Assembly: GCF_000012905.2 (NCBI RefSeq)
Contig: NC_009007.1
Coordinates: 30,001 to 62,000, forward strand
Reading direction: 5' to 3'
Length of the DNA: 32,000 nt
From: Cereibacter sphaeroides 2.4.1
GTDB lineage: Bacteria > Pseudomonadota > Alphaproteobacteria > Rhodobacterales > Rhodobacteraceae
Shown: piece after piece, positions 1 through 8,678 of the stretch
How the letters are laid out: each line of letters opens with the position of its first letter
Position numbering within the stretch: position 1 is the stretch's first letter
Position numbers and translations under genes: made by a program
Notes under the pieces: generated by a model
What the model was told of the DNA's origin: nothing
The model's database searches: none
The model's input: the letters and a program-made list of their open reading frames with translations, nothing else

Positions 1-286
1 GCGCGCGCCAGCCGGGGCCATGGTCGGGCGCCTCGATCTCGACGAAGACGGTGAGGCCGAGCCCGATCCGGGCGGGATCCACCAGCGCCACGCGGCCGGT
101 GATCACGCCCGATTGTTCGAGCCGCCGGATCCGCTTCCAGCAGGGGGTCTGGGACAGGCCCACCCGGTCGGCGAGCCGGGCGAGCGAGAGCGAGCAGTCG
201 CGCTGCAGCTCGTGGAGGATCTTGCGGTCGATCCGGTCGAGCGCGGGCGCGCGGGCGTCGGTCTCGGGGATCTCGGCATAGGCCAT
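1..286 (-). CDS. Lrp/AsnC family transcriptional regulator (N-terminal part; 3' end runs off the window)
   Basis: Absent from the ORF track because it leaves the window. My reverse-strand translation from the ATG (complement of 284-286) gives MAYAEIPETDARAPALDRIDRKILHELQRDCSLSLARLADRVGLSQTPCWKRIRRLEQSGVITGRVALVDPARIGLGLTVFVEIE... This is the canonical Lrp/AsnC HTH pattern (LD..D.KIL..LQ.D..S...LA..VGLS...C..R...LE..GVI) followed by the start of the ligand-binding domain. Confidence 0.85.
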   Translation of the reverse strand, partial: MAYAEIPETDARAPALDRIDRKILHELQRDCSLSLARLADRVGLSQTPCWKRIRRLEQSGVITGRVALVDPARIGLGLTVFVEIEAPDHGPGWRA

Positions 287-360
287 GGGGCGGCTCTCGG
301 AGAGGGGGGTGGTCCGCCCGCCGGGTCCGGCGGGAGGACCGGGCCGGGAGGGGGCCCGGC

Positions 361-1080
361 TCATGCGGTGAGGAACTGGCGCACGAAGTCCGTCCGGGGG
401 CGGGCGCGGATCTCGGCGGGCTTGCCGATCTGCTCGATGCGCCCCATCGACATGACCACCACGAGGTCTGCAAGCTCCATCGCCTCGTCCTGATCGTGGG
501 TGACGAAGACGGTGGTCAGGCCGGTCTCGTCGTGGATGTCGCGCAGGCCCTGACGCAGCTCCTTCCTCACGCGGGCGTCGAGCGCGCCGAAGGGCTCGTC
601 GAGGAGCAGCATCCGCGGTTCGATGGCCAGCGCCCGGGCGAGGGCGACCCTTTGGCGCTGGCCGCCCGACAGCTGCGCCGGATAGCGGCGGGCGATGTCG
701 GGCAACTGGATGAGCCCGAGCAGCCGGTGGACCCGGCGGTCGATCTCGGCTCCGGTGGGCCGGCTGCGGCGCGGGCGGGCGCGCAGCCCGTAGGCCACGT
801 TCTCGAAGACGGTCATGTGGCGGAAGAGCGCGTAGCTCTGGAAGACGAAGCCCGCGCGGCGCTCCTGCACGGTGAGGCCCGTTGCATCCTGCCCGTCGAA
901 GAGCACCCGGCCCGAGGTGGGAAATTCGAGCCCGCCGAGGATCCTGAGGAGCGTGGTCTTGCCCGACCCCGAAGGCCCGAGCAGCGCGATCAGCGCCCCC
1001 GAGGGGATCGAGAGGCTCACGGGATGAAGCGCGGTGGTGGGGCCGAAGGACTTGGCGATCTCGTCGATCTCGATATGCAC
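361..1080 (-). CDS. cysA: Sulfate/thiosulfate ABC transporter ATP-binding protein CysA (short form, nucleotide-binding domain only)
   Basis: Part of track ORF 361..1326. I place the start at the GTG (complement of 1078-1080), preceded by GAGGAGAG, which gives (M)[12 protein letters not shown]... parallel to E. coli CysA MSIEIANIKKSFG. Walker [10 protein letters not shown], signature [15 protein letters not shown] and Walker [12 protein letters not shown] are present. It follows cysW by 11 nt. Confidence 0.9.
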   Translation of the reverse strand: MHIEIDEIAKSFGPTTALHPVSLSIPSGALIALLGPSGSGKTTLLRILGGLEFPTSGRVLFDGQDATGLTVQERRAGFVFQSYALFRHMTVFENVAYGLRARPRRSRPTGAEIDRRVHRLLGLIQLPDIARRYPAQLSGGQRQRVALARALAIEPRMLLLDEPFGALDARVRKELRQGLRDIHDETGLTTVFVTHDQDEAMELADLVVVMSMGRIEQIGKPAEIRARPRTDFVRQFLTA

Positions 1081-1091
1081 GAAGTCTCTCC

Positions 1092-1967
1092 TCAATGGCG
1101 GTGGGTGGCGGCGAGCTGGTCGGCATAGCGCCATTCCAGCGCCGATTTCAGCGTGAGCGTGACGAGGGCGAGGGCTGCGAGCAAAGCCGCCATCGCGAAG
1201 GCCGCGACCGAGAGATATTCGTTGTAGAACATCTCGATCATGATCGGCATCGTGGTGGTCTTGCCGCGGATCTTGCCCGAGACCACCGCCACCGCGCCGA
1301 ATTCGCCCATGGCGCGGGCGTTGCACAGAAGCACGCCGTAAAGAAGCGCCCAGCGGATGTTGGGCAGCGTCACGGTGAGGAAGGTCCGCCAGCCGGAGGC
1401 GCCGAGCGTCAGCGCGGCCTCCTCTTCGGCGCGGCCCTGCTCGGTCATGATCGGGATCAGCTCGCGCGCGACGAAGGGGAAGGTGATGAAGAGCGTGGCC
1501 AGCACGATCCCCGGCACCGCGAAGACGATCGGATGGCCATGGGCCACGAGCCAGGCGCCGAGCGCGGAATTGGCCCCGAAGAGCAGCACGAAGGCGAGCC
1601 CCGCCACCACCGGCGAGACCGAGAAGGGCAGGTCGATTAGCGTGATGAGCACGGCCTTGCCGCGCCAGTCGAACTTGGTGACGGCCCAGGCGGCGGCGAG
1701 GCCCGCGGCGGCGTTCAGCGGCACCGCCACCGCGGCCACGGTGAGGGTGAGGCGGATCGCGGCCAGCGCGTCGCGGTTGCCGAGGGCGGTCACGGCGGCG
1801 GCGAGGCCGTCGCGCAGCGCCTCGGCGAAGACCGCGGCCAGCGGCGCCAGCACGAGGAGCCCGAGAAGCCCGAGCGTGCCCGCGATCAGCAGGCGGCGCA
1901 TCCAGGCGGGCTCGGCCGTGGCGGCGCGGGGCAGGCGGCGGGCGGGGGAGAGGGGGAGATGGGTCAT
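1092..1967 (-). CDS. cysW: Sulfate ABC transporter permease CysW
   Basis: Track ORF of 291 aa. Multi-TM MetI-type permease with the EAA loop [28 protein letters not shown]. It sits between cysT and cysA with 3-11 nt spacers. Confidence 0.9.
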   Translation of the reverse strand: MTHLPLSPARRLPRAATAEPAWMRRLLIAGTLGLLGLLVLAPLAAVFAEALRDGLAAAVTALGNRDALAAIRLTLTVAAVAVPLNAAAGLAAAWAVTKFDWRGKAVLITLIDLPFSVSPVVAGLAFVLLFGANSALGAWLVAHGHPIVFAVPGIVLATLFITFPFVARELIPIMTEQGRAEEEAALTLGASGWRTFLTVTLPNIRWALLYGVLLCNARAMGEFGAVAVVSGKIRGKTTTMPIMIEMFYNEYLSVAAFAMAALLAALALVTLTLKSALEWRYADQLAATHRH

Positions 1968-1970
1968 GGC

Positions 1971-2804
1971 TCAGACCGCGCCCATGCGGCGCCGGCTCCA
2001 GATCTGGACGAGGTTGATGGCGAAGAGGAGCGCGAAGGAGATGCCGAGCATGGCAAGCGCAATGGCCACCGCGCCGTCATAGTCGAACTCCTCGAGCCGG
2101 ATGACGATGAGGAGGGGGGCGATCTCGGTCTGCATCGGCAGGTTGCCCGCGATGAAGATGACCGAGCCGTATTCGCCCACCGCGCGGGCCAGCGCCAGGG
2201 CGAAACCCGTGAGCAGCGCCGGGGCGAGCATGGGCAGGATCACCCGGCCGAAGGTGCGCGCCCGCGAGGCGCCGAGCGTGGCCGAGGCCTCCTCGACCTC
2301 GCGGTCGATCTCCTCGATCACCGGCTGGACCGAGCGGACGACGAAGGGCAGACCCACGAAGATGAGGGCGAGCCAGATGCCCGCCTCGCTGTAGGCCACG
2401 CGGATCCCCAGGGGCTCGAGCAGCCGCCCGATCGCCCCGTTCGGCGCATAGAGCGCGGTGAGCGCGATGCCCGCCACCGCGGTGGGCAGGGCGAAGGGCA
2501 GGTCGACCGCCGCATCGACGAGGCGGCGGCCCGGAAAGCGGTAGCGCGCCAGCACCCAGGCCAGCGCCAGACCGAAGACGAGGTTGATCGCCGCCGCCCC
2601 GAGCGCCGCGCGGAACGAGAGCGCCAGCGCCGCCTGCACCCGCTCGCGCCCGAGCAGCGCCGCCACATCGGCGGGTCCGATCTGCGCCCCCCGGAGGAGG
2701 AGGGCGCCGATCGGCAAGAGCACGACGAGCGAGAGCGCCGTCAGCGTGATCCCCATGGCGAGGCCGAAGCCCGGCAGGGGCGAGGGGGCGCGGAGGGCGC
2801 GCAT
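1971..2804 (-). CDS. cysT: Sulfate ABC transporter permease CysT (CysU)
   Basis: Track ORF of 277 aa with an ATG start. EAA loop [29 protein letters not shown]. Directly downstream of the binding-protein gene, with a 1-nt gap. Confidence 0.9.
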   Translation of the reverse strand: MRALRAPSPLPGFGLAMGITLTALSLVVLLPIGALLLRGAQIGPADVAALLGRERVQAALALSFRAALGAAAINLVFGLALAWVLARYRFPGRRLVDAAVDLPFALPTAVAGIALTALYAPNGAIGRLLEPLGIRVAYSEAGIWLALIFVGLPFVVRSVQPVIEEIDREVEEASATLGASRARTFGRVILPMLAPALLTGFALALARAVGEYGSVIFIAGNLPMQTEIAPLLIVIRLEEFDYDGAVAIALAMLGISFALLFAINLVQIWSRRRMGAV

Positions 2805-2805
2805 C

Positions 2806-3810
2806 CTATTTCGCCTCGTAGATCTGGTCGAAGGTGCCGCCGTCGCCGAAATGCTCGGGCTGCGCCTTGCCCCATCCGCCGAAGTGGCCGATGTCGACCA
2901 GCTCGAGATCGGGGAAGCGCTTCACATCCGCAGGATCGGCGGCCGACCTGTCCCAGGCGCGGTAATAGTGCTTGTAGGCCAGCGCCTGCCCCTCGGGCGT
3001 GTAGAGGAAATCGAGATAGGCCGTCGCCAGTTCGCGCTGCCCGTCCGAGGCGAGATTGCCCTCGACCAGCGCCACCGGCGGCTCGGCCCGGATCGAGAGC
3101 GAGGGCACGACGATCTCGAACCGGTCGGGCCCGAGTTCCTCCAGCGCGAGCCAGGCCTCGTTCTCCCAGGCCAGCAGCACGTCGCCGAGGCCGCGCTGAA
3201 CGAAGGTCGTGGTGGCCCCGCGCGCGCCGGTGTCGAGCACCGGCACATGGGCATAGAGATCGTGGAGGAAGGCCTTCGGATCCTGCCCGTTCTTCTCGGC
3301 CCAGGCCCAGGCCGCGAGGTAGTTCCAGCGCGCCCCGCCGCTGGTCTTGGGATTGGGCGTGATGACCTGCACATCCTCCTTCACCAGATCGCCCCAGTCG
3401 GCGATCCCCTTGGGATTGCCCGACCGCACGAGGAAGACGATGGTCGAGGTATAGGGCGAGGAATTGTGCGGCAGCCGGCTCTGCCAGTCGGCGGGGATCT
3501 TGCCCGACTTCGCCGCGACCGCATCGATGTCGGAGGCGAGCGCCAGCGTCACCACCTGCGCATCGAGCCCGTCGATCACCGCCCGCGCCTGCGCGCCCGA
3601 GCCGCCGTGGCTGGTCTCGATCTCGGGCGCCTCGTGGCCCTCGGCCTCCCAAGCCTTGGCGAAGGCCTCGTTCACGTCGCGGTAGAGCTCGCGCGTGGGG
3701 TCGTAGCTCACGTTCAGCAGGGTTTCGGCCGAGGCGGGGGCCCCGAGCCCCAGAGCCAGCGCGAGGCCGGCTGTGGCAAGGCGCGGAAGGCGGGGGAAGA
3801 ACTGCGTCAT
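2806..3810 (-). CDS. cysP: Periplasmic sulfate/thiosulfate-binding protein (Sbp/CysP family)
   Basis: Track ORF of 334 aa. ATG preceded by AGGAGAG. Signal peptide ...[17 protein letters not shown], then the mature start [15 protein letters not shown] typical of Sbp/CysP. First gene of the cysTWA operon. Confidence 0.9.
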   Translation of the reverse strand: MTQFFPRLPRLATAGLALALGLGAPASAETLLNVSYDPTRELYRDVNEAFAKAWEAEGHEAPEIETSHGGSGAQARAVIDGLDAQVVTLALASDIDAVAAKSGKIPADWQSRLPHNSSPYTSTIVFLVRSGNPKGIADWGDLVKEDVQVITPNPKTSGGARWNYLAAWAWAEKNGQDPKAFLHDLYAHVPVLDTGARGATTTFVQRGLGDVLLAWENEAWLALEELGPDRFEIVVPSLSIRAEPPVALVEGNLASDGQRELATAYLDFLYTPEGQALAYKHYYRAWDRSAADPADVKRFPDLELVDIGHFGGWGKAQPEHFGDGGTFDQIYEAK

Positions 3811-4237
3811 CTGTCTCTCCTGTCGAGGGGCGCGGGCCTTCGGGAAGGCCCGGTCCGGATCGTCCCGGCCCCGGCCTCCGGAGGCCCGCCGCGGCGGGCC
3901 TGTTGCCGTCGGGCGGAGGCCTCCGGGCCTCCGGGGGGCGGGACGAAGGGGCGGGCGGTCGCATCCATGATCGTCTCCCGGAAGGCCGGCGGTGCCGTCC
4001 CGACAATTACGACAGGGTTTATCGTCATTAGCAACAAAAAATATCTGGTGATCTTGTCGTGATTTGGAGAAGGATCTTCTCCACCCGGCCGCGCCGGCCG
4101 GGCGGCGGGAGAAGGGCCTGCTCTTTCGAGGGGGGATTCGCGGCCTCCGCCCGGGGGCTTGAGCGGATCGAAGGCCGCCTGCCCGAGGCGGGGCGCGGCC
4201 TTGCGCCGGCCCGCCTTCGAGACCGCCGGATCGGCCG

Positions 4238-5137
4238 TCAGGCGGGGGGCACGAGGCTCCGGCGCGCCTCGGCGGCCACTTCCCGCGTCAGCGCCTCGAG
4301 CAGCCGCGCGCCCAGCCGGGCATGCTGCCAGTGCAGCGGCACGTCGAGCGGCCGCCCGGGGATGAGTTCGGCCAGCCGGCCTGCGGCCAGATGCGCCGCC
4401 ACCAGCGGCAGAGGATTCATCGCCCAGCCGAGCCCCGCGAGGCTCGCATCGAGGAACCCTTGCGTCGAGGGCACCCAATGGGTCGGCGCCGCGAGCGGAT
4501 GGCCGAAGGTCTCCTCGACCCAGCGCGCCTGCAGCCCGTCCTTCCGGTCGAAGCGGAGCACCGGCGCGCGCGCCAGCGCCGCCGCATCCACCCCTTGCGG
4601 GAAATGCCGCGCGAGAAAGGCGGGGCTTGCGGTGGCGAGATAGCGCAGCGCGCCCAGAGGCCGGGTCCGGCACCCCGAGACCGGCGCGGGATCGGCGGTG
4701 ACGGCGGCCAGCACCTCGCCGTTGCGCAGACGCGCCGCCGTATGGTCCTCACCGTCGAGCACCAGATCGAGGAGCGTCCCGGTGGCCGCCGAGAAGCGCG
4801 CCGCGGCGGGCAGGAACCAGCTGCCGAGCGAATCCGCCGTGACCGCCACGCGCAGCGTCGCCGGCCCCTCCTCGGCGCCCGCCAGAAGCGGCAGGTCGGC
4901 CGCGAGTTCCCCCTCGAGGAGGCGCACCCGCTCCATGTGGGCAGAGAGCCGCGCCCCGGCCTCGGTCGGCACCGGCGGCTGGCTGCGCACGACGAGCGTG
5001 GCCCCCACCCGCTCCTCGAGCGCGCGGATCCGCTGCGAGACGGCCGAGGGCGTCACGCCGAGCACGGCGGCCGCGCGCTCGAAGCCGCCCTCGCGCAGGA
5101 CGGCGGCGAGGGCCGCGAGCGACGGATAGTCGAGCAT
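4238..5137 (-). CDS. argP: LysR-family transcriptional regulator, ArgP/IciA-like
   Basis: C-terminal 299 aa of the spurious 766-aa track ORF. Start ATG is the complement of 5135-5137. The N-terminus [45 protein letters not shown] matches the ArgP/IciA HTH signature. The gene is divergent from a LysE/ArgO exporter, which is the classical argP-argO arrangement. Confidence 0.85.
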   Translation of the reverse strand: MLDYPSLAALAAVLREGGFERAAAVLGVTPSAVSQRIRALEERVGATLVVRSQPPVPTEAGARLSAHMERVRLLEGELAADLPLLAGAEEGPATLRVAVTADSLGSWFLPAAARFSAATGTLLDLVLDGEDHTAARLRNGEVLAAVTADPAPVSGCRTRPLGALRYLATASPAFLARHFPQGVDAAALARAPVLRFDRKDGLQARWVEETFGHPLAAPTHWVPSTQGFLDASLAGLGWAMNPLPLVAAHLAAGRLAELIPGRPLDVPLHWQHARLGARLLEALTREVAAEARRSLVPPA

Positions 5138-5209
5138 CTGAAGTCTCGCTTCATCGGGATCAGTATCCTGAACTGGACTACACCCGTCCCTCGCGGCAGG
5201 AAAGCCGTC

Positions 5210-5836
5210 ATGACAGACCTCGCCCCCTTCCTCACCGGCTTCGGCCTCTCCCTGGGCCTGATCGTCGCCATCGGCGCGCAGAATGCCTTCGTGCTGCGGC
5301 AGGGGCTTCGGCGCGAACATGTGGGCGCGGTCGTGGCCTTCTGCGCGTTGGCCGATCTGGCGCTGATCGCGGCGGGCGTAGCGGGTCTGGGAACGGTCCT
5401 CGGGCGCGCGCCCGGGCTGGTGACGGGTCTGTCGCTGGGCGGCGCGGCCTTCCTCGGCTGGTACGGGCTCTCGGCCCTGCGCCGGGCGCTGCACCCCGCG
5501 CGGCTGGTCGCGGAGACCGGAGGGGAGGCGCTGACGCGGGCGGGAGCGCTGGCCCGTGTGGCCGCCTTCACCTTCCTCAACCCCCATGTCTATCTCGACA
5601 CCGTGCTTCTGGTGGGATCGGTCGGGGCGGCGCAGCCCACGGGCGCGCAGGGGCCCTTCGTGGCCGGCGCGGGCCTCGCCAGTCTGGTCTGGTTCGTGGC
5701 CTTGGGCTTCGGGGCCCGCCTGCTCGCGCCGCTTTTCGCTCGGCCGCGCGCCTGGCGGGTGCTTGACCTGCTGGTGGGCGCCGTCATGATCCTTCTGGCC
5801 GGGGGCCTTCTGACCCGCGTCCTGTCCACCGCCTGA
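5210..5836 (+). CDS. argO: LysE/ArgO family basic amino-acid exporter
   Basis: In-frame ATG at 5210 within track ORF 4322..5836. The protein starts MTDLAPFLTGFGLSLGLIVAIGAQNAFVLRQG and contains FLNPHVYLDTVLL, both LysE/ArgO hallmarks. About 208 aa, multi-TM. Confidence 0.85.
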   Translation: MTDLAPFLTGFGLSLGLIVAIGAQNAFVLRQGLRREHVGAVVAFCALADLALIAAGVAGLGTVLGRAPGLVTGLSLGGAAFLGWYGLSALRRALHPARLVAETGGEALTRAGALARVAAFTFLNPHVYLDTVLLVGSVGAAQPTGAQGPFVAGAGLASLVWFVALGFGARLLAPLFARPRAWRVLDLLVGAVMILLAGGLLTRVLSTA

Positions 5837-5857
5837 CCCGCCCGACCGGAGACGCCG

Positions 5858-6484
5858 ATGTATACGCCTGCCGCCTTCCGCATGGAGGAGCTGCCCGATC
5901 TGCACGCGGCGATGCGCGCCGCGGGCCTCGCCACCTTCGTGACCGGCACCGGCGCGGGCCTCATGGCCACCCCGCTGCCGCTGTTCCTCGCCCCCGACGA
6001 GGGGCCGCTCGGCACGCTCTACGGTCACCTCGCGCGGGCCAATCCGCAGCGGGCCGAGCCGCCCACCTGCGAGGCGCTGGCGATCTTCGGCGGGGCCGAC
6101 GCCTATGTCACCCCGGCCTGGTATGCGACGAAGCGCGAGACCGGGCGGGTGGTGCCGACCTGGAACTATGTGGCCGTCCATGCCTATGGCACGCCCGACT
6201 TCTTCGAGGATGCAACGCGGCTGCACGCGGTGGTGAGCCGCCTGACGGATCTGCACGAGGCCGCCCGGCCCGATCCCTGGGCGGTGACGGATGCGCCCGC
6301 CCCCTATATCCGCAGCCAGCTGAAGGGCATCGTCGGCCTCCGCCTGCCGATCGCGCGGATCGAGGGCAAACGGAAGATGAGCCAGAACCGCAGCGCGGAA
6401 GACCGCGCCGGCGTCGCGGCCGGATTGGCGGAAAGCGACCGCCCCGGCGACCGGGCGGCGGCAGGACTGGTGCCGCTGGATTAG
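5858..6484 (+). CDS. paiB: FMN-binding PaiB-family protein (negative transcriptional regulator PaiB-like)
   Basis: Track ORF of 208 aa with an ATG start. The N-terminal MYTPAAF and the C-terminal GKRKMSQNRSAEDRAGV are typical of the PaiB family as I recall it. Confidence 0.7.
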   Translation: MYTPAAFRMEELPDLHAAMRAAGLATFVTGTGAGLMATPLPLFLAPDEGPLGTLYGHLARANPQRAEPPTCEALAIFGGADAYVTPAWYATKRETGRVVPTWNYVAVHAYGTPDFFEDATRLHAVVSRLTDLHEAARPDPWAVTDAPAPYIRSQLKGIVGLRLPIARIEGKRKMSQNRSAEDRAGVAAGLAESDRPGDRAAAGLVPLD

Positions 6485-6634
6485 CAGCCTCGAAGCGAAC
6501 CGGGCCGCAGCGCCCTCGCCCTCCGTCAGGGGCCGCACCGCACACCTGTGACCTCGCCGATCTCTCGCGGATCGCGGTGAGGATAGCGGTGCCGGGGCGG
6601 GTCACGCTCCTGAGCGCCGGGGGCGCGGCCTGCC

Positions 6635-7144
6635 TCAGACGCCCGCGGCGGAGCCCGGCCCCTCGTGCTCCTCGGCGGCCTCGGGCAGGCGGATGGGGGC
6701 GGCGAGGATCTGCTCGGCCGCGGCGGGCACCCCCACGAGATCGGCGAGCGTCAGCGAGTCGATCAGCACGAGATAGGACCAGAAGATCCCCGCGAAGACC
6801 TTGCGGATCCGGCAGGTCTCCTCGTCGGTGCAATCCTCGCATTTCTGGTAGGAGCGCCGCGAGAGGCAGGGCAGGGGCGCGATCGGCCCGTCGATCATCC
6901 GCAGAAGCTCGCTCAGCGGCACCTGCGCCGGCTCCTTGATCAGCAGATAGCCGCCCGAGCGCCCGCGCGTGCTGGCGATGTAGCCCGCGTTGCGGATGTC
7001 GAGCAGGATATGTTCGAGAAACCGCTTCGGCGTGCCGGAGCGTTGCGCGATATCCTCGATCCGGAGGGGTCGGCGGTCGCCGGACTTCTCCTCCGCGAGG
7101 ACCATGAGGGCCTTCAGCGCATATTTCATCTTCTGGGTGATCAT
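6635..7144 (-). CDS. Rrf2-family transcriptional regulator with a four-Cys motif
   Basis: Track ORF 6635..7153 begins at a TTG. I prefer the ATG (complement of 7142-7144), which gives MITQKMKYALKALMVLAEE... The HTH IEDIAQRSGTPKRFLEHILLDIRNAGYIASTRGRSGGYLL is classic Rrf2. A Cys cluster, PCLSRRSYQKCEDCTDEETC, follows. Confidence 0.85.
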   Translation of the reverse strand: MITQKMKYALKALMVLAEEKSGDRRPLRIEDIAQRSGTPKRFLEHILLDIRNAGYIASTRGRSGGYLLIKEPAQVPLSELLRMIDGPIAPLPCLSRRSYQKCEDCTDEETCRIRKVFAGIFWSYLVLIDSLTLADLVGVPAAAEQILAAPIRLPEAAEEHEGPGSAAGV

Positions 7145-7657
7145 GCCAGCCAAGCTAGGGGGCGGGGGCCGGGATCACAAGAAAGATCCACAGGATCGGT
7201 CGTGTTTTCCTGACGCAGAGCCGACCGGGCCGCACCCTTGCCGGGAGGCCCGGGTCCCTGCGGGCGCCGTGACGGTCCGGGACCTTCCGAAGGAGACGCC
7301 GGAGAGCTCGGGGCGGCAGAGGGCGCGGGTCTCCGGTCCCATCGGCCCCGGCCGCGGCCGGACCTCGGGGAAAAAGGGGTCCCGGCCCGGCAGGCGCGGT
7401 CGCAGGTGCCGCCCGGACCTGCCTTGGCAGGTCGCGACCGGACGGCGGAGCCGGAGAGGCTCAAGCGGCCCGGGGCGCGGAAGGCTCCGGGACGGGAAAG
7501 CAGGAAAGGGGAAAGGAGGAGAGGCTGCGGCCGTCCGGGTCCGGAAGGGCCGCGCCCCGGTCCGGGATCGGTCCCGGAGAGTGCATGGCGGGGGAGCCCC
7601 CCGCCCGGCGGCGCAGGGCCGCTCTGCCGGAGGATCTCCGGCGGCGGCCTTCGGCCC

Positions 7658-7909
7658 TCAGGAGAGGCGCTTGGCCTGGCTGCGGAAGAGGGCGAGCGCG
7701 CGGTAGATGTTGCGGCGGGTGTCGGCCAGCGGCGGGGCAGCCGGCGCCCGGGAGCCCGCGGAATGGGCCTCGGTATGCTGCCAGTGACCGCCGATCCGGG
7801 CCGTCCAGTGGTCGCCGTGATCCTCGAAATGGAAGGGGACCACCCCGTCCACCGTGCCCCGGGCCTCGACCGGGCCGTTCCGGGTGGTGATGTCGAATTC
7901 TAGTGCCAT
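7658..7909 (-). CDS. Hypothetical small protein (83 aa)
   Basis: ATG (complement of 7907-7909) inside track ORF 7658..8068. Product: MALEFDITTRNGPVEARGTVDGVVPFHFEDHGDHWTARIGGHW... Third codon positions are mostly G/C, as expected for real coding sequence here. I recognise no family. Confidence 0.45.
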   Translation of the reverse strand: MALEFDITTRNGPVEARGTVDGVVPFHFEDHGDHWTARIGGHWQHTEAHSAGSRAPAAPPLADTRRNIYRALALFRSQAKRLS

Positions 7910-7965
7910 GGTCTTCTTTCTCTTGGCGGCATTTGCCGCATCGTTGGGCGGCAATGGCCGCCGGG

Positions 7966-7980
7966 CTTCATTCAATGAAG
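7966..7980. promoter_or_regulatory. AT-rich perfect palindrome CTTCATT-C-AATGAAG upstream of the 83-aa ORF
   Basis: Read directly from the sequence. It has 7-bp arms, lies about 57 nt upstream of the ATG at 7909, and is embedded in very GC-rich DNA. Confidence 0.4.
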
Positions 7981-8333
7981 GGATTTTTCGTCCGGCCTCC
8001 CGCAGGAGCGGAAGGATCCGCGCCGAGGTGGCCTGAGGCGGATATAGGGCGCCGCGGCGCCGGTTCAACCGGCAGGGGTCCGGGGCGCACCCCGGACCTG
8101 GGCGACCGGCGGCTCAGGACCCCGGGGCGGGCCGGGCGGGGAAGGGCGGACAGGCTCCTCCGAGGCCCGGCCCCCGACCCTGCGGCGCGCCGGGGAGGGC
8201 TCGGGCGCGGGTCCCCTTGCGTGACATGGTCACTGACCGGGGAGGCGCGCGCGCCTATGGGAGGGGGACGGGACTGCGCGCCCGGCCCCTCCCCTCGCCC
8301 GCGTCCCGGGCGATCCATCGGAAAGACCGCCCC

Positions 8334-8678
8334 ATGAGCTACAAACAGAAGATCGACGACATCCGCGACGAGCTGCGCAGCCTCTACAAGGCCGCCCCCG
8401 AGCAGACCCGGGGCTTCGGCACCCTCTCCAAGGCGGTGAAGGAGACGGGCGTGCTCGGGGTCAAGGAGAAGGAATGCGTGGCGCTCGGCATGGCGCTCGT
8501 GCAGCGCTGCGAGCCCTGCATCCTGCTCCATGTCGAGGCGCTGATGAAGGCCGGGGCCAGCCGCGAGGAGCTGAGCGACGTGCTGGCCATGGCGATCCAG
8601 ATGAGCGGCGGCCCCGGCCTGATGTATGCGGCGAAGGCCTTGGCCTGCTGGGACGAGCTCGCCGCGGCGGGGGCCTGA
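8334..8678 (+). CDS. Carboxymuconolactone decarboxylase (AhpD-like) family protein with a CxxC motif
   Basis: ATG at 8334 within track ORF 8217..8678. The 114-aa product MSYKQKIDDIRDELRSLYKAAPEQTRGFGTLSKAV... contains ECVALGMALVQRCEPCILLH, the CMD/AhpD-type CxxC helix. Confidence 0.8.
   Translation: MSYKQKIDDIRDELRSLYKAAPEQTRGFGTLSKAVKETGVLGVKEKECVALGMALVQRCEPCILLHVEALMKAGASREELSDVLAMAIQMSGGPGLMYAAKALACWDELAAAGA

Noticed and set aside
1959-4062. ORFs of 421-492 aa (1959..3362+, 2584..4062+, 2741..4006-) across the cys operon.
   Set aside because: They are antisense or out of frame relative to cysW/cysT/cysP, which have clear family motifs. Their composition is low-complexity R/P/G.
4238-6538. 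766-aa ORF on the minus strand.
   Set aside because: Only the C-terminal 299 aa (from MLDYPSL...) look like a protein (LysR/ArgP). The N-terminal 467 aa are R/G/P-rich and run antisense to the well-supported argO and paiB genes. This is a typical high-GC open-frame artefact.
8055-8075. tRNA T-arm-like GCCGGTTCAACCGGC.
   Set aside because: The loop is 5 nt rather than the 7-nt T-loop, and no acceptor, D or anticodon arms can be built around it. It is just a small hairpin.
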